A stretch of DNA of 64,000 nucleotides from Nemertoderma westbladi (Eukaryota; Animalia; Xenacoelomorpha): contig JAUCBJ010003966.1 of assembly GCA_032718475.1 (NCBI GenBank), positions 1 to 64,000 on the forward strand, written 5' to 3'. Position numbers and translations under genes: made by a program. Each line of letters starts with the position of its first letter. The stretch's first letter is position 1. This document shows positions 13,870 through 25,700 of the stretch, piece after piece. The notes under the pieces were generated by a model, which made no database searches, had not been told where the DNA came from, and worked only from the letters and a program-made list of their open reading frames with translations.

Positions 13870-15700
13870 CAAATATCTTGCTAAATACCGGCAGGATAGA
13901 AATGGGTCGGTAGTTTCCCGGTTCAAGTGGGTCATCAGCTTTATACACAGCGAGTAATTCGGGCTTGGTGGGTCATCAGCTTTATACACAGCGAGTAATT
14001 CGGGCTTGGTGGGTCATCCGCTTTATACACAGGAGTAATTCGGGCTTGGTGGGTCATCAGCTTTATACACAGGAGTAATTCGGGCTTGGTGGGTCATCAG
14101 CTTTATACACAGCGAGTAATTCGGGCTTGGTGGGTCGTCAGCTTTATACACAGCGAGTAATTCGGGCTTGGTGGTTCATCAGCTTTATACACAGGAGTAA
14201 TTCGGGCTTGGTGGGTCATCAGCTTTATACACAGGAGTAATTCGGGCTTGGTGGGTCATCAGCTTTATACACAGGAGTAATTCGGGCTTGGTGGGTCATC
14301 AGCTTTATACACAGCGAGTAATTCGGGCTTGGTGGGTCGTCAGCTTTATACACAGCGAGTAATTCGGGCTTGGTGGTTCATCAGCTTTATACACAGGAGT
14401 AATTCGGGCTTGGTGGGTCATCAGCTTTATACACAGGAGTAATTCGGGCTTGGTGGGTCATCAGCTTTATACACTGGAGTAATTCGGGCTTGGTGGGTCA
14501 TCAGCTTTATACACAGCGAGTAATTCGGGCTTAAGGAGGTCGGGGAATTTCTGCGTTTGTCATGAGAAGTTAATCAATTTTGATAAGTGAACTGATATTT
14601 GTTTCGCGCCTAATTTTACAAGACAATTACAACACTAATATTACAACACATTACAATATTGGTTGAGCTGCTTTCATTTAGATGTAATAAATGAATTTCA
14701 ACCTAAACGTCCGAAGTTTCAATGAGCGAAAATAATTTTGCAGGTGATTTATTTTCTTTTATTAATTTGATTGGACATTCTGTTCGCTGTGGGGGCTATG
14801 CCGTGATTTCGCAACATTTGAAAAGTAGTAATTTAAATATATTTGATATATCAGAGGAATTGTCCGTTATACCGTTGTTCCCATCTCCTTTCATACGTAA
14901 CCGTTTGGGAGTGCTGCAGGTTTTATTTTTTGATATAGCTATGACCTCATTAAAGTTACATTTTCATAAGTATAGCGCTTTTCCTGACTGAAATAATTTC
15001 CAATGTTTTTATGGCATCCAAAAATTGCCTAGTGGTTTGTCGTACCAACTTCAGTTAAAAAAAACGCCGCTTTCTACCACGCAGTATATGAGGTATTAGT
15101 TATAAAGTGGTCAAGAAGTTTCTTTGATTATTTAAATATTCTCGTAGCAACTTTAAGGTGCTGTTTAAAGCCGCATGCTAAAAGTGTATTATTGTAATTT
15201 TTAGATTGCTCTGTATTTTTAAGCAGGTCAACATTTAGGTCACCGCATATGATTAAATCTGCTCTTTCATTATTTACTTTCATTAAAAATTTTTTTAATT
15301 CTTTCAAGAACAGATTAAAATCAGATGATCCCGGTCTATATATGCATCCTACTAGAAATGTATTTTTGGAAGCGGTTGCTTTAGCCACCTCTACCCACAC
15401 ATTCTCGATTCCAGCTATGTTCATATTCAAATCGACCCTTTGCGTTGCCTGAGTTCCCTTTTGAACGCATATATATGGCTGCTCCGCCTCTACTGGAGTT
15501 TGTATCTGATTTGAAATCAACAATCGGTGTGGTGTATCCATAAATTTCAATTAATTTAGTAGTAATATCGTTCTTAGGCTCTGTAAAAGCCAAAAAGTTG
15601 AAGGCTGTATCTAAACTATGTAGATAATGGCCTATAAAGTAATTATACAATCAATCTTCCAGAAATGCGGATAATAAAATATGTATGGAATTAATTAATG
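13870..15700 (-). mobile_element. Degenerate LINE ORF2 fragment (APE endonuclease plus RT N-terminus; CR1/L2-like)
   Basis: RGGAAIY, GCIYRP, ICGDLNVDL (endonuclease); KFPDLLK...VYKADDPLEPGNYRPISILPVFSKIF (RT start); stops and frameshifts. Confidence 0.85.
13927..14531. repeat. 40/41-bp minisatellite inside the LINE RT coding sequence, ~15 copies
   Basis: Unit gtgggtcatcagctttatacacagcgagtaattcgggcttg. Confidence 0.95.
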
Positions 15701-16823
15701 ATCTAGAAGTTTATTCTGCTGATATTATAGATTTATTGATACTTTATTCTAGATGATCAGTAATTTCGTTGGTAAATAAATATTAATAAATTTACCATTA
15801 AAATGTTTAGTTGTAGGTTATTTTACTCAAGTAACTATTTAATCAAAATTTTGGTTTGATTATTTGATTAACGTTCTGGAATATCATCTTCACTCATAAT
15901 CATAAAGTATACCTAGTATATAGTAGCTAGTATTATTTAATTACATATTGGTGCAGTGTGCAGAATTGACCTCAAATTTGCAATAACTTTGTTATGTTAA
16001 ACTTCTAATACAAAAGTGAATATTTTAAAGAAAGTAATGTTCTTCGATAAGAAAAAAAGTGTCAGAAATAAGCACTATTTTATCACTACTGTAATTTTAA
16101 TTGACCGAAATTCAATTATTATGTCCGAATGTGTTGAGTTTTTGTACGAGTTGGCAGGTTTACCCGCACCCAAGTGGTTGTTACACAGTGAATGATTTTG
16201 GTAGCCTACCAACCAGTTGATTTCATGAGATTTTACAGTTTATGGATTCCAAAAAAAACTATCGGCTGTTTCTAACAAAACTAAGACTGATACTTACAAA
16301 AGTAGGAAAAAATTACAAACTGACAAAGTTTTCAAGAGAGGACCTGGGCCCCATATGGACCAGGGGGTGTCATATCGACGTTGATATTAAATATACAGTT
16401 ACAGGATTCACATTTACAACTTCCCTATTGACCATCATTCCTCCATAATTGGGGGCTAGTGGAATGGGTGAAAATGTGTGTTTGCACTGTTGGATAGCCC
16501 AATAAATTTTAGGAAGAAATCGTGGTTTTTCCGAAGAAGTACATTTTATCCTGTAACTTTCCCGCCATCCTTTTTCTTATGCCGCCGGAAACACTATCAA
16601 CCTTTAAAAATATACAAGCTATTCTCAATTAGTACCGAACAGAATGTGCATGACATTATCAACCCCCCCCCCCCTGAAGGTAACGGTAAAACATATATTT
16701 AATAATCGATTACATTCAGTTTCTCATGTTTAATTAACAGTTAAATAATTAATGTTGTTAAATATTTGTGCTCAATGTCAATAATGTTTCGCAGATGCAG
16801 GTGTAAAACCCGAAAGAGTTCGC

Positions 16824-18935
16824 TTAGGTATTACCGTGATTAGATGCATCAGTCTCACCAGATCCCGAAGGTTTAATGAATTTTTTCACAATGCCAAAAA
16901 AATTGCTGAGATCCCTCTTAGTCTCCTTGAATCTGTAACACTTTATTGCCAACTTTATCAGAATACCCAACACTATAAAGGCGACACCACCGGCCTGACC
17001 CAAGTAGTATAACAGCTTCAACATGAATTCTACACTATCTGGGTAGCTATAGAGATGCTGCACTGGTGAGTAGTCTAATTTATTTATCACTTCCCTTGTT
17101 GTTTCAAGCATTTCATCAACTTCTTCATACAACCTATCGGTGTCCAAAATATGGCAATGCATTTGTTCCGATACGCTATGCAGATCGTCTCCTTTTCGAG
17201 TGCACGATTTATGGATATTGTGAGATTGACTTCCGTTATTCAATAAATACGCAACCGTTGATGTTTTCCATAGGCCTAATGAATCCAAATCCAACGACAT
17301 AGTAGTAAAGGTTGTGACATCATCAGGGCCATTTAATAGCTTTCCTTCTTCGGCGCAAGTCTCGTAAAACATAAAATCTTTTAGAAGATTTCCGTCGGGT
17401 CCCGACTGGAAGATGTTTGAGTTGGGCGTGGTACTCGATATTCCGTATTCGGCACGCAGCTTGTTGTATGAAGACTCGCCTATCTCTACCAACGGATGCG
17501 ATATACACTCTCCCACTGGGTTCCTGGCTAGTGATTGTGGGTCGCGGAGCATTTCATACCGTGATGGAATCTCGACGCAGGACGCCTGGACCATCAATCC
17601 TCCCAGGTACTTAGTCGGGAGGCCTTGGTAGCCGGCTGCGCGCGCCACATCTACTGGAAGGATTCCCGCCAAAGTCTCCCAAACCTGTTGCGTGTCACGT
17701 CGCTGCTTGCAAGACATCTCGTATGCTGGTTGCCATTTCGCACTCATGTTCGATGTCTCCACCGTAGTGCTCGATGTGTCCGCCGTAGTGCTCGATGTCT
17801 CCACCGTAGTGCTCGATGTGTCCATCGTAGTGCTCGATGATTCCACCGTACTGCCCGATATGTCCTCTATTTCCGATGTGTTCACCAAATATAGATCACC
17901 TTCTTTGTCCTTTAGAAACACGTTATTGTCGTTATTTTTGAGGGTGAAGTTGGATCCTTTATCCCAGTAAACCTCCAATTTATCAATAAACCTCCCGCTC
18001 TGAACCAAATCTAATGCCGTGTATACTGTTTTCTCCTTCGATTTCCGATAAAATAATCTAGCCACCAGCTTCTCTGGTTTCACCTGGTAATTATTTTTTA
18101 TCCTGTCATTCCTGTCATCGTGATCCCAGATGTAAGTTTTTCCGTCTATGACGCATTTACCATCCTTATAGGCGCACGTTGTTTCCCCGCGAGAGGTTAG
18201 GAGATTCCACGAAGGCGGCACCACGTTAATCGTTTTGGGTGTTACGACGCAGCGATTCGGGTGAACCTTGTAGTGGAAGTGCTGTTTACCATCTGCCCCG
18301 GTCGACTTGTTTCGGTTGAATAGTTCGATGATATCACCGCATCCTGTCAATGCCGCGCTACCGTGTTTCCGCAACATCAAACTTTCGACCTCGTTGTCGA
18401 TAACATACCACTTAGAGACGTATGCGTTGATGGATTCACCAGACAGGTAGGACAGCTCGCTCGTAGCGTCGTCCATGTTGTCACCCCAACAGTCGCGTTT
18501 CTTCCACAGATTAGTGCATTGCTCGTAGCTCATCGGTAGGTAATCCAACTCGTATCTAATGTATTTATCCACTGAAAATCTGTGCTGCTTATTTTCTGCG
18601 CCTCTCATCACACTTTCATAGCGGTCCTGCACCCAACATTTAGTGGCGTATTGGCATTCGTAGGCGGTTATTTCAAATGCCGTCTTTTTTCTGGCGTATA
18701 GCGTCACAGTAATCAATTTCGATTTGACTTCAACATTCTCGAATTCACTACCGGTACTATTATCAGGCAACGCCCATTCCTCAGGTTCAAAATCAAATTC
18801 ACACTCCGATTGAGTTTCTAGTCTTAAAATCCTCGAGGTATAACGATTGGTACAGAATGGTAAACCCTTAACATCGAGGCCTATGAATAATATCAAGTGT
18901 AAGACTAGCAGCATTCGATTAATTACACGCCCCAT
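16824..18935 (-). CDS. Intronless type I membrane glycoprotein resembling class III viral fusogens (herpesvirus gB / chuvirus G / BEL-Pao env-like)
   Basis: 703-aa intact ORF with gccATGG start context, signal peptide, several N-glycosylation sequons and a C-terminal TM plus short tail. VWETLAGILP..ARAA..KYLGGLMVQASCVEI, GECISHPLV and QSGPDGNLL..ETC line up with remembered gB motifs. More GC-rich than its flanks. Confidence 0.72.
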   Translation of the reverse strand: MGRVINRMLLVLHLILFIGLDVKGLPFCTNRYTSRILRLETQSECEFDFEPEEWALPDNSTGSEFENVEVKSKLITVTLYARKKTAFEITAYECQYATKCWVQDRYESVMRGAENKQHRFSVDKYIRYELDYLPMSYEQCTNLWKKRDCWGDNMDDATSELSYLSGESINAYVSKWYVIDNEVESLMLRKHGSAALTGCGDIIELFNRNKSTGADGKQHFHYKVHPNRCVVTPKTINVVPPSWNLLTSRGETTCAYKDGKCVIDGKTYIWDHDDRNDRIKNNYQVKPEKLVARLFYRKSKEKTVYTALDLVQSGRFIDKLEVYWDKGSNFTLKNNDNNVFLKDKEGDLYLVNTSEIEDISGSTVESSSTTMDTSSTTVETSSTTADTSSTTVETSNMSAKWQPAYEMSCKQRRDTQQVWETLAGILPVDVARAAGYQGLPTKYLGGLMVQASCVEIPSRYEMLRDPQSLARNPVGECISHPLVEIGESSYNKLRAEYGISSTTPNSNIFQSGPDGNLLKDFMFYETCAEEGKLLNGPDDVTTFTTMSLDLDSLGLWKTSTVAYLLNNGSQSHNIHKSCTRKGDDLHSVSEQMHCHILDTDRLYEEVDEMLETTREVINKLDYSPVQHLYSYPDSVEFMLKLLYYLGQAGGVAFIVLGILIKLAIKCYRFKETKRDLSNFFGIVKKFIKPSGSGETDASNHGNT
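17747..17850. repeat. In-frame 21-bp coding repeat (SSTTVET-like x~5) in the glycoprotein
   Basis: Repeats of gtgctcgatgtctccaccgta. Confidence 0.9.
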
Positions 18936-19391
18936 GGCCCAAATGTGCCAAACCGTGCTAATGTTTATTTAACTTTTTGTTAAATTTTTTATTAATTTTA
19001 GCTGCTAAAAAAATTAAATAACTAAAATGCTAAATAAGCGGTATGAATTGCAAACAAGTCCTTATTTATGTCTCTGTATGAAATGTTCTAGAATAATATC
19101 AGCACTAATATTTCTATAGTTATCATATTTTTTGTTTTACATACAATATAATATAATAGTCAGCTGTTCGTCGGGTTATTTTGACTAGACAACACGCCAA
19201 TTTCTCAAACACAATCAAATTTTTGGCACAATAATTTTTTCAAATGCCACTCAAATACAATTTGAAGAAATAAATATTATAATATTTGAAATTAAAGCAC
19301 AATGGGCATAATGGTTGAATATAAATTAGAACCGCACCGCTGCACAGATCACAATGACAGGCAAAGAAGCGCCGTCTTTGAAATAGAGTAT

Positions 19392-20877
19392 GCTTGGTTT
19401 GTTCATTGGTTTGTGTATCCGCTTGGTTTGCTCATTGGTTTGTGTATCCGCTTGGTTTGCTCATTGGTTTGTGTATCCGCTTGGTTTGCTAATTGCTATG
19501 TGTATCCGCTTGGTTTGCTCATTGGTTTGTGTATCCGCTTGGTTTGTTCATTGGTTTGTGTATCCGCTTGGTTTGTTCATTGGTTTGTGTATCCGCTTGG
19601 TTTGCTCATTGGTTTGTGTATCCGCTTGGTTTGCTCATTGGTTTGTGTATCCGCTTGGTTTGTTCATTGGTTTGTGTATCCGCTTGGTTTGCTCATTGGT
19701 TTGTGTATCCGCTTGGTTTGCTCATTGGTTTGTGTATCCGCTTGGTTTGCTCATTGGTTTGTGTATCCGCTTGGTTTGCTCATTGGTTTGTGTATCCGCT
19801 TGGTTTGCTCATTGGTTTGTGTATCCGCTTGGTTTGCTCATTGGTTTGTGTATCCGCTTGGTTTGCTCATTGGTTTGTGTATCCGCTTGGTTTGCTCATT
19901 GGTTTGTGTATCCGCTTGGTTTGCTCATTGGTTTGTGTATCCGCTTGGTTTGCTCATTGGTTTGTGTATCCGCTTGGTTTGCTCATTGGTTTGTGTATCC
20001 GCTTGGTTTGCTCATTGGTTTGTGTATCCGCTTGGTTTGCTCATTGGTTTGTGTATCCGCTTGGTTTGCTCATTGGTTTGTGTATCCGCTTGGTTTGCTC
20101 ATTGGTTTGTGTATCCGCTTGGTTTGCTCATTGGTTTGTGTATCCGCTTGGTTTGCTCATTGGTTTGTGTATCCGCTTGGTTTGCTCATTGGTTTGTGTA
20201 TCCGCTTGGTTTGCTCATTGGTTTGTGTATCCGCTTGGTTTGCTCATTGGTTTGTGTATCCGCTTGGTTTGCTCATTGGTTTGTGTATCCGCTTGGTTTG
20301 CTCATTGGTTTGTGTATCCGCTTGGTTTGCTCATTGGTTTGTGTATCCGCTTGGTTTGCTCATTGGTTTGTGTATCCGCTTGGTTTGCTCATTGGTTTGT
20401 GTATCCGCTTGGTTTGCTCATTGGTTTGTGTATCCGCTTGGTTTGCTCATTGGTTTGTGTATCCGCTTGGTTTGCTCATTGGTTTGTGTATCCGCTTGGT
20501 TTGCTCATTGGTTTGTGTATCCGCTTGGTTTGCTCATTGGTTTGTGTATCCGCTTGGTTTGCTCATTGGTTTGTGTATCCGCTTGGTTTGCTCATTGGTT
20601 TGTGTATCCGCTTGGTTTGCTCATTGGTTTGTGTATCCGCTTGGTTTGCTCATTGGTTTGTGTATCCGCTTGGTTTGCTCATTGGTTTGTGTATCCGCTT
20701 GGTTTGCTCATTGGTTTGTGTATCCGCTTGGTTTGCTCATTGGTTTGTGTATCCGCTTGGTTTGCTCATTGGTTTGTGTATCCGCTTGGTTTGCTCATTG
20801 GTTTGTGTATCCGCTTGGTTTGCTCATTGGTTTGTGTATCCGCTTGGTTTGCTCATTGGTTTGTGTATCCGCTTGGT
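19392..20877. repeat. 29-bp highly homogeneous minisatellite, ~51 copies, nearly all with a CCAAT box on the minus strand
   Basis: Unit gcttggtttgctcattggtttgtgtatcc; reverse complement contains AACCAATGAG. Confidence 0.97.
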
Positions 20878-22572
20878 ACACGTAATGGACGCTGGAAATA
20901 CCCACTGAATGTGTTTTACCAATTATGACTGACACCTCAAACATAATCTTAACACAGCAACTACTGTGTTGAATATGGTGCGTTTTAAGGTGCATATTTT
21001 AGGACCCCCCCCCCCCCCCCCCCCCACCCCCTACATATTTAATCTAGAAATCGTTCCCAAACGTTTCAACTTTTAAAACACAACCCAACTGTCATGCCAA
21101 TGTCACTCATTGTAATGTTGATGTTGCAACCAGAGAGATTATTTTTAATAATTTTAAATAAACTTTTTCTGTCTTTGCAAGATTGTACCATGTCTAAATT
21201 CGATAACAAATATAACTGAGATGTCTGAAATATAAGGAGAAACCGCGTCTAAAACGCTTTGCAATCTAGCATCATTGGGCTGCAGCTAGCTGTGCGAAGG
21301 ACTTAGATCCTTAGATATTTAACATCGTGTACCATAATATAAAGCGAGGTGTTTAATAAGCCCCCTAAAAGGAAATATGGATAAAAAAAGTGTTGAAACT
21401 CAATGTCAAATGGATTATTTGAGTATTGGGTTCACGATAAATAATCAAAACATTGCATGTTGGTCACAAAACGGGCCTACAAACCTGTGAACCGACTCCT
21501 AAATAGCACAATGAAGCTATTACAATATATTGTCCCGTTTTTAGGGAAAAAAAATACAATGAAAATAGACAAAGAGTCCAGTAAACAACACAATTATTAA
21601 TTATTGAACGTGTAACTGTAAAACTATATAAAATTGATTTCAAACATTGACATGGGAGAATCTTTTTTAGGCTCGTTAATCCCAGGAATGCCTGTTCACC
21701 GCCATTGGTGATCTTCCACATATCAAACATTGAAAATTGATTTCGTTTAAAATATAAAAGATTCATTTAAAACTGAAAACCGAAAGGCAGAACTGAAAAA
21801 ATATTTTAAGATTGATCAGGTTGTTTTAATATTGCATTGGCTACGTTTTTAGGCTCTCAGAAAGATGAAGTTACTGGCTGCATATAAATATAAATTAATA
21901 ATAAATTAATAGAAATTTAACAAACTTGGCTCCTGTAACACTTATTTTTTAATTTTTCTACGATAACAGTTATTAATGTGCGCAAATAGTGGATTATTTA
22001 GAATTCAATCTCTGAAATCAATACCAATATGGTGTGGACTACCTGAGTTGTGCCTAAAAATATGAAAATACACGGGGCGAATTATTATAACCCGCACAAG
22101 GTGGTAAATGAAACTTACAGAATATATATTATTGTGGCCGGACACTAAGTAATTGGGCCTACTAACTGTTCCATTGGAATTTACAATAACACAACAACAA
22201 AAGCTCAACAATATTATTACTAACTAATAAGCAAATAATTTACATTGGATTTGAACTTAACGAAATGTGTTATTAATTTAATTATATTTAATGTAAAAAG
22301 TATAGAGATAACCTTTCGTTAACTTAATATCAAACGTAAATTATTTGTAAATTATTATTCAACAATCGTTATAATGGCTGGGGTGTTATAACAACTGCCG
22401 ACACAAAGTTACCAAGTAACATGATAGATGAATCATAAATAATACACAAACTATTAAATTATTACCGACTCTAACTTTGTTAAATATACTAAACTAAGTT
22501 CAACGGAATTCATTGATATTCTAGTTCCAGATAATTCCAGCCAATCCGATAACCAGATCTCATTGAATTAAA

Positions 22573-22730
22573 TTAATCATCCATGCTGCTCTTCGCTTCA
22601 ATGTCAACCAATAAATCATCGCCTTCTAACACCATTCCCTTGTTGACATGGATCGTTTTAACTTTCCCGGAGCAGGGAGATGCAACAACCATCTCCATCT
22701 TCATCGCAGACATTATACACAGAGGTTGAC
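22573..22730 (-). CDS. PC: PC last coding exon ([15 protein letters not shown]...stop), biotin attachment site
   Basis: ttttag acceptor at the array edge; AMKM motif; TAA at 22575-22573. Confidence 0.94.
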
Positions 22731-25700
22731 CTAAAATACGGACACAGAAGTATAAATATAGCAGACATTATACAAAGAGGTTGACCTAAAATACGGACAC
22801 AGAAGTATACATATAGCAGACATTATACAAAGAGGTTACCTAAAATACGGACACAGAAGTATACATATAGCAGACATTATACAAAGAGGTTGACCTAAAA
22901 TACGGACACAGAAGTATAAATATAGCAGACATTATACAAAGAGGTTGACCTAAAATACGGACACAGAAGTATACATATAGCAGACATTATACAAAGAGGT
23001 TGACCTAAAATACGGACACAGAAGTATACATATAGCAGACATTATACACAGAGGTTGACCTAAAATACGGACACAGAAGTATAAATATAGCAGACATTAT
23101 ACAAAGAGGTTGACCTAAAATACGGACACAGAAGTATACATATAGCAGACATTATACAAAGAGGTTGACCTAAAATACGGACACAGAAGTATACATATAG
23201 CAGACATTATACAAAGAGGTTGACCTAAAATACGGACACAGAAGTATACATATAGCAGACATTATACACAGAGGTTGACCTAAAATACGGACACAGAAGT
23301 ATACATATAGCAGACATTATACAAAGAGGTTGACCTAAAATACGGACACAGAAGTATACATATAGCAGACATTATACAAAGAGGTTGACCTAAAATACGG
23401 ACACAGAAGTATACATATAGCAGACATTATACAAAGAGGTTGACCTAAAATACGGACACAGAAGTATAAATATAGCAGACATTATACAAAGAGGTTGACC
23501 TAAAATACGGACACAGAAGTATAAATATAGCAGACATTATACAAAGAGGTTGAACTAAAATACGGACACAGAAGTATACATATAGCAGACATTATACAAA
23601 GAGGTTGACCTAAAATACGGACACAGAAGTATACATATAGCAGACATTATACACAGAGGTTGACCTAAAATACGGACACAGAAGTATACATATAGCAGAC
23701 ATTATACAAAGAGGTTGACCTAAAATACGGACACAGAAGTATACATATAGCAGACATTATACAAAGAGGTTGACCTAAAATACGGACACAGAAGTATACA
23801 TATAGCAGACATTATACAAAGAGGTTGACCTAAAATACGGACACAGAAGTATAAATATAGCAGACATTATACAAAGAGGTTGACCTAAAATACGGACACA
23901 GAAGTATACATATAGCAGACATTATACAAAGAGGTTGACCTAAAATACGGACACAGAAGTATACATATAGCAGACATTATACACAGAGGTTGACCTAAAA
24001 TACGGACACAGAAGTATACATATAGCAGACATTATACAAAGAGGTTGACCTAAAATACGGACACAGAAGTATAAATATAGCAGACATTATACAAAGAGGT
24101 TGAACTAAAATACGGACACAGAAGTATAAATATAGCAGACATTATACAAAGAGGTTGAACTAAAATACGGACACAGAAGTATACATATAGCAGACATTAT
24201 ACAAAGAGGTTGACCTAAAATACGGACACAGAAGTATACATATAGCAGACATTATACAAAGAGGTTGAACTAAAATACGGACACAGAAGTATACAAATAG
24301 CAGACATTATTCAAAGAGGTTGACCTAAAATACGGACAAAGAAGTATACATACAGCAGACATTATACACAGAGATTGACCTAAAATACGGACACATAAGT
24401 ATACATATAGCAGACATTATACAAAGAGGTTACCTAAAATACGGACACAGAAGTATAAATATAGCAGACATTATACAAAGAGGTTGACCTAAAATACGGA
24501 CACAGAAGTATACATATAGCAGACATTATACACAGAGGTTGACCTAAAATACGGACACAGAAGTATACATATAGCAGACATTATACACAGAGGTTGACCT
24601 AAAATACGGACACAGAAGTATACATATAGCAGACATTATACAAAGAGGTTGACCTAAAATACGGACACAGAAGTATACATATAGCAGACATTATACAAAG
24701 AGGTTGACCTAAAATACGGACACAGAAGTATACATATAGCAGACATTATACAAAGAGGTTGACCTAAATACGGACACAGAAGTATACATATAGCAGACAT
24801 TATACACAGAGGTTACCTAAAATACGGACACAGAAGTATACATATAGCAGACATTATACAAAGAGGTTACCTAAAATACGGACACAGAAGTACACATATA
24901 GCAGACATTATACACAGAGGTTGACCTAAATACGGACACAGAAGTATACATATAGCAGACATTATACACAGAGGTTACCTAAAATACGGACACAGAAGTA
25001 TACATATAGCAGACATTATACAAAGAGGTTACCTAAAATACGGACACAGAAGTATACATATAGCAGACATTATACAAAGAGGTTGACCTAAAATACGGAC
25101 ACAGAAGTATACATATAGCAGACATTATACACAGAGGTTGACCTAAAATACGGACACAGAAGTATACATATAGCAGACATTATACACAGAGGTTGACCTA
25201 AAATACGGACACAGAAGTATACATATAGCAGACATTATACACAGAGGTTGACCTAAAATACGGACACAGAAGTATACATATAGCAGGCATTATACAAAGA
25301 GGTTGACCTAAAATACGGACACAGAAGTATACATATAGCAGACATTATACAAAGAGGTTGACCTAATATACGGACACAGAAGTATACATATAGCAGACAT
25401 TATACAAAGAGGTTGACCTAAAATACGGACACAGAAGTATACATATAGCAGACATTATACACAGAGGTTGACCTAAAATACGGACACAGAAGTACACATA
25501 TAGCAGACATTATACACAGAGGTTGACCTAAAATACGGACACAGAAGTATACATATAGCAGACATTATACAAAGAGGTTGACCTAAAATACGGACACAGA
25601 AGTATACATATAGCAGACATTATACAAAGAGGTTGACCTAAAATACGGACACATAAGTATACATATAGCAGACATTATACAAAGAGGTTGACCTAAAATA

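Noticed and set aside
5568-13989. Very long ORFs (up to 1273 aa) with 23-aa periodicity
   Set aside because: Stop-free frames of the 69-bp satellite; they switch frame at indels and have no unique domain.
19302-20928. Three overlapping ~500-aa hydrophobic ORFs
   Set aside because: The 29-bp unit lacks stops on this strand; the same peptide appears in all three frames.
21005-21031. Poly-C tracts (also 16663-16674 and 58704-58729) as G-quadruplex elements
   Set aside because: Simple homopolymers with no supporting context.
15900-21400. LTRs or TIRs delimiting the gB-like gene
   Set aside because: No convincing direct or inverted terminal repeats found by eye; a dot-plot is needed to exclude them.
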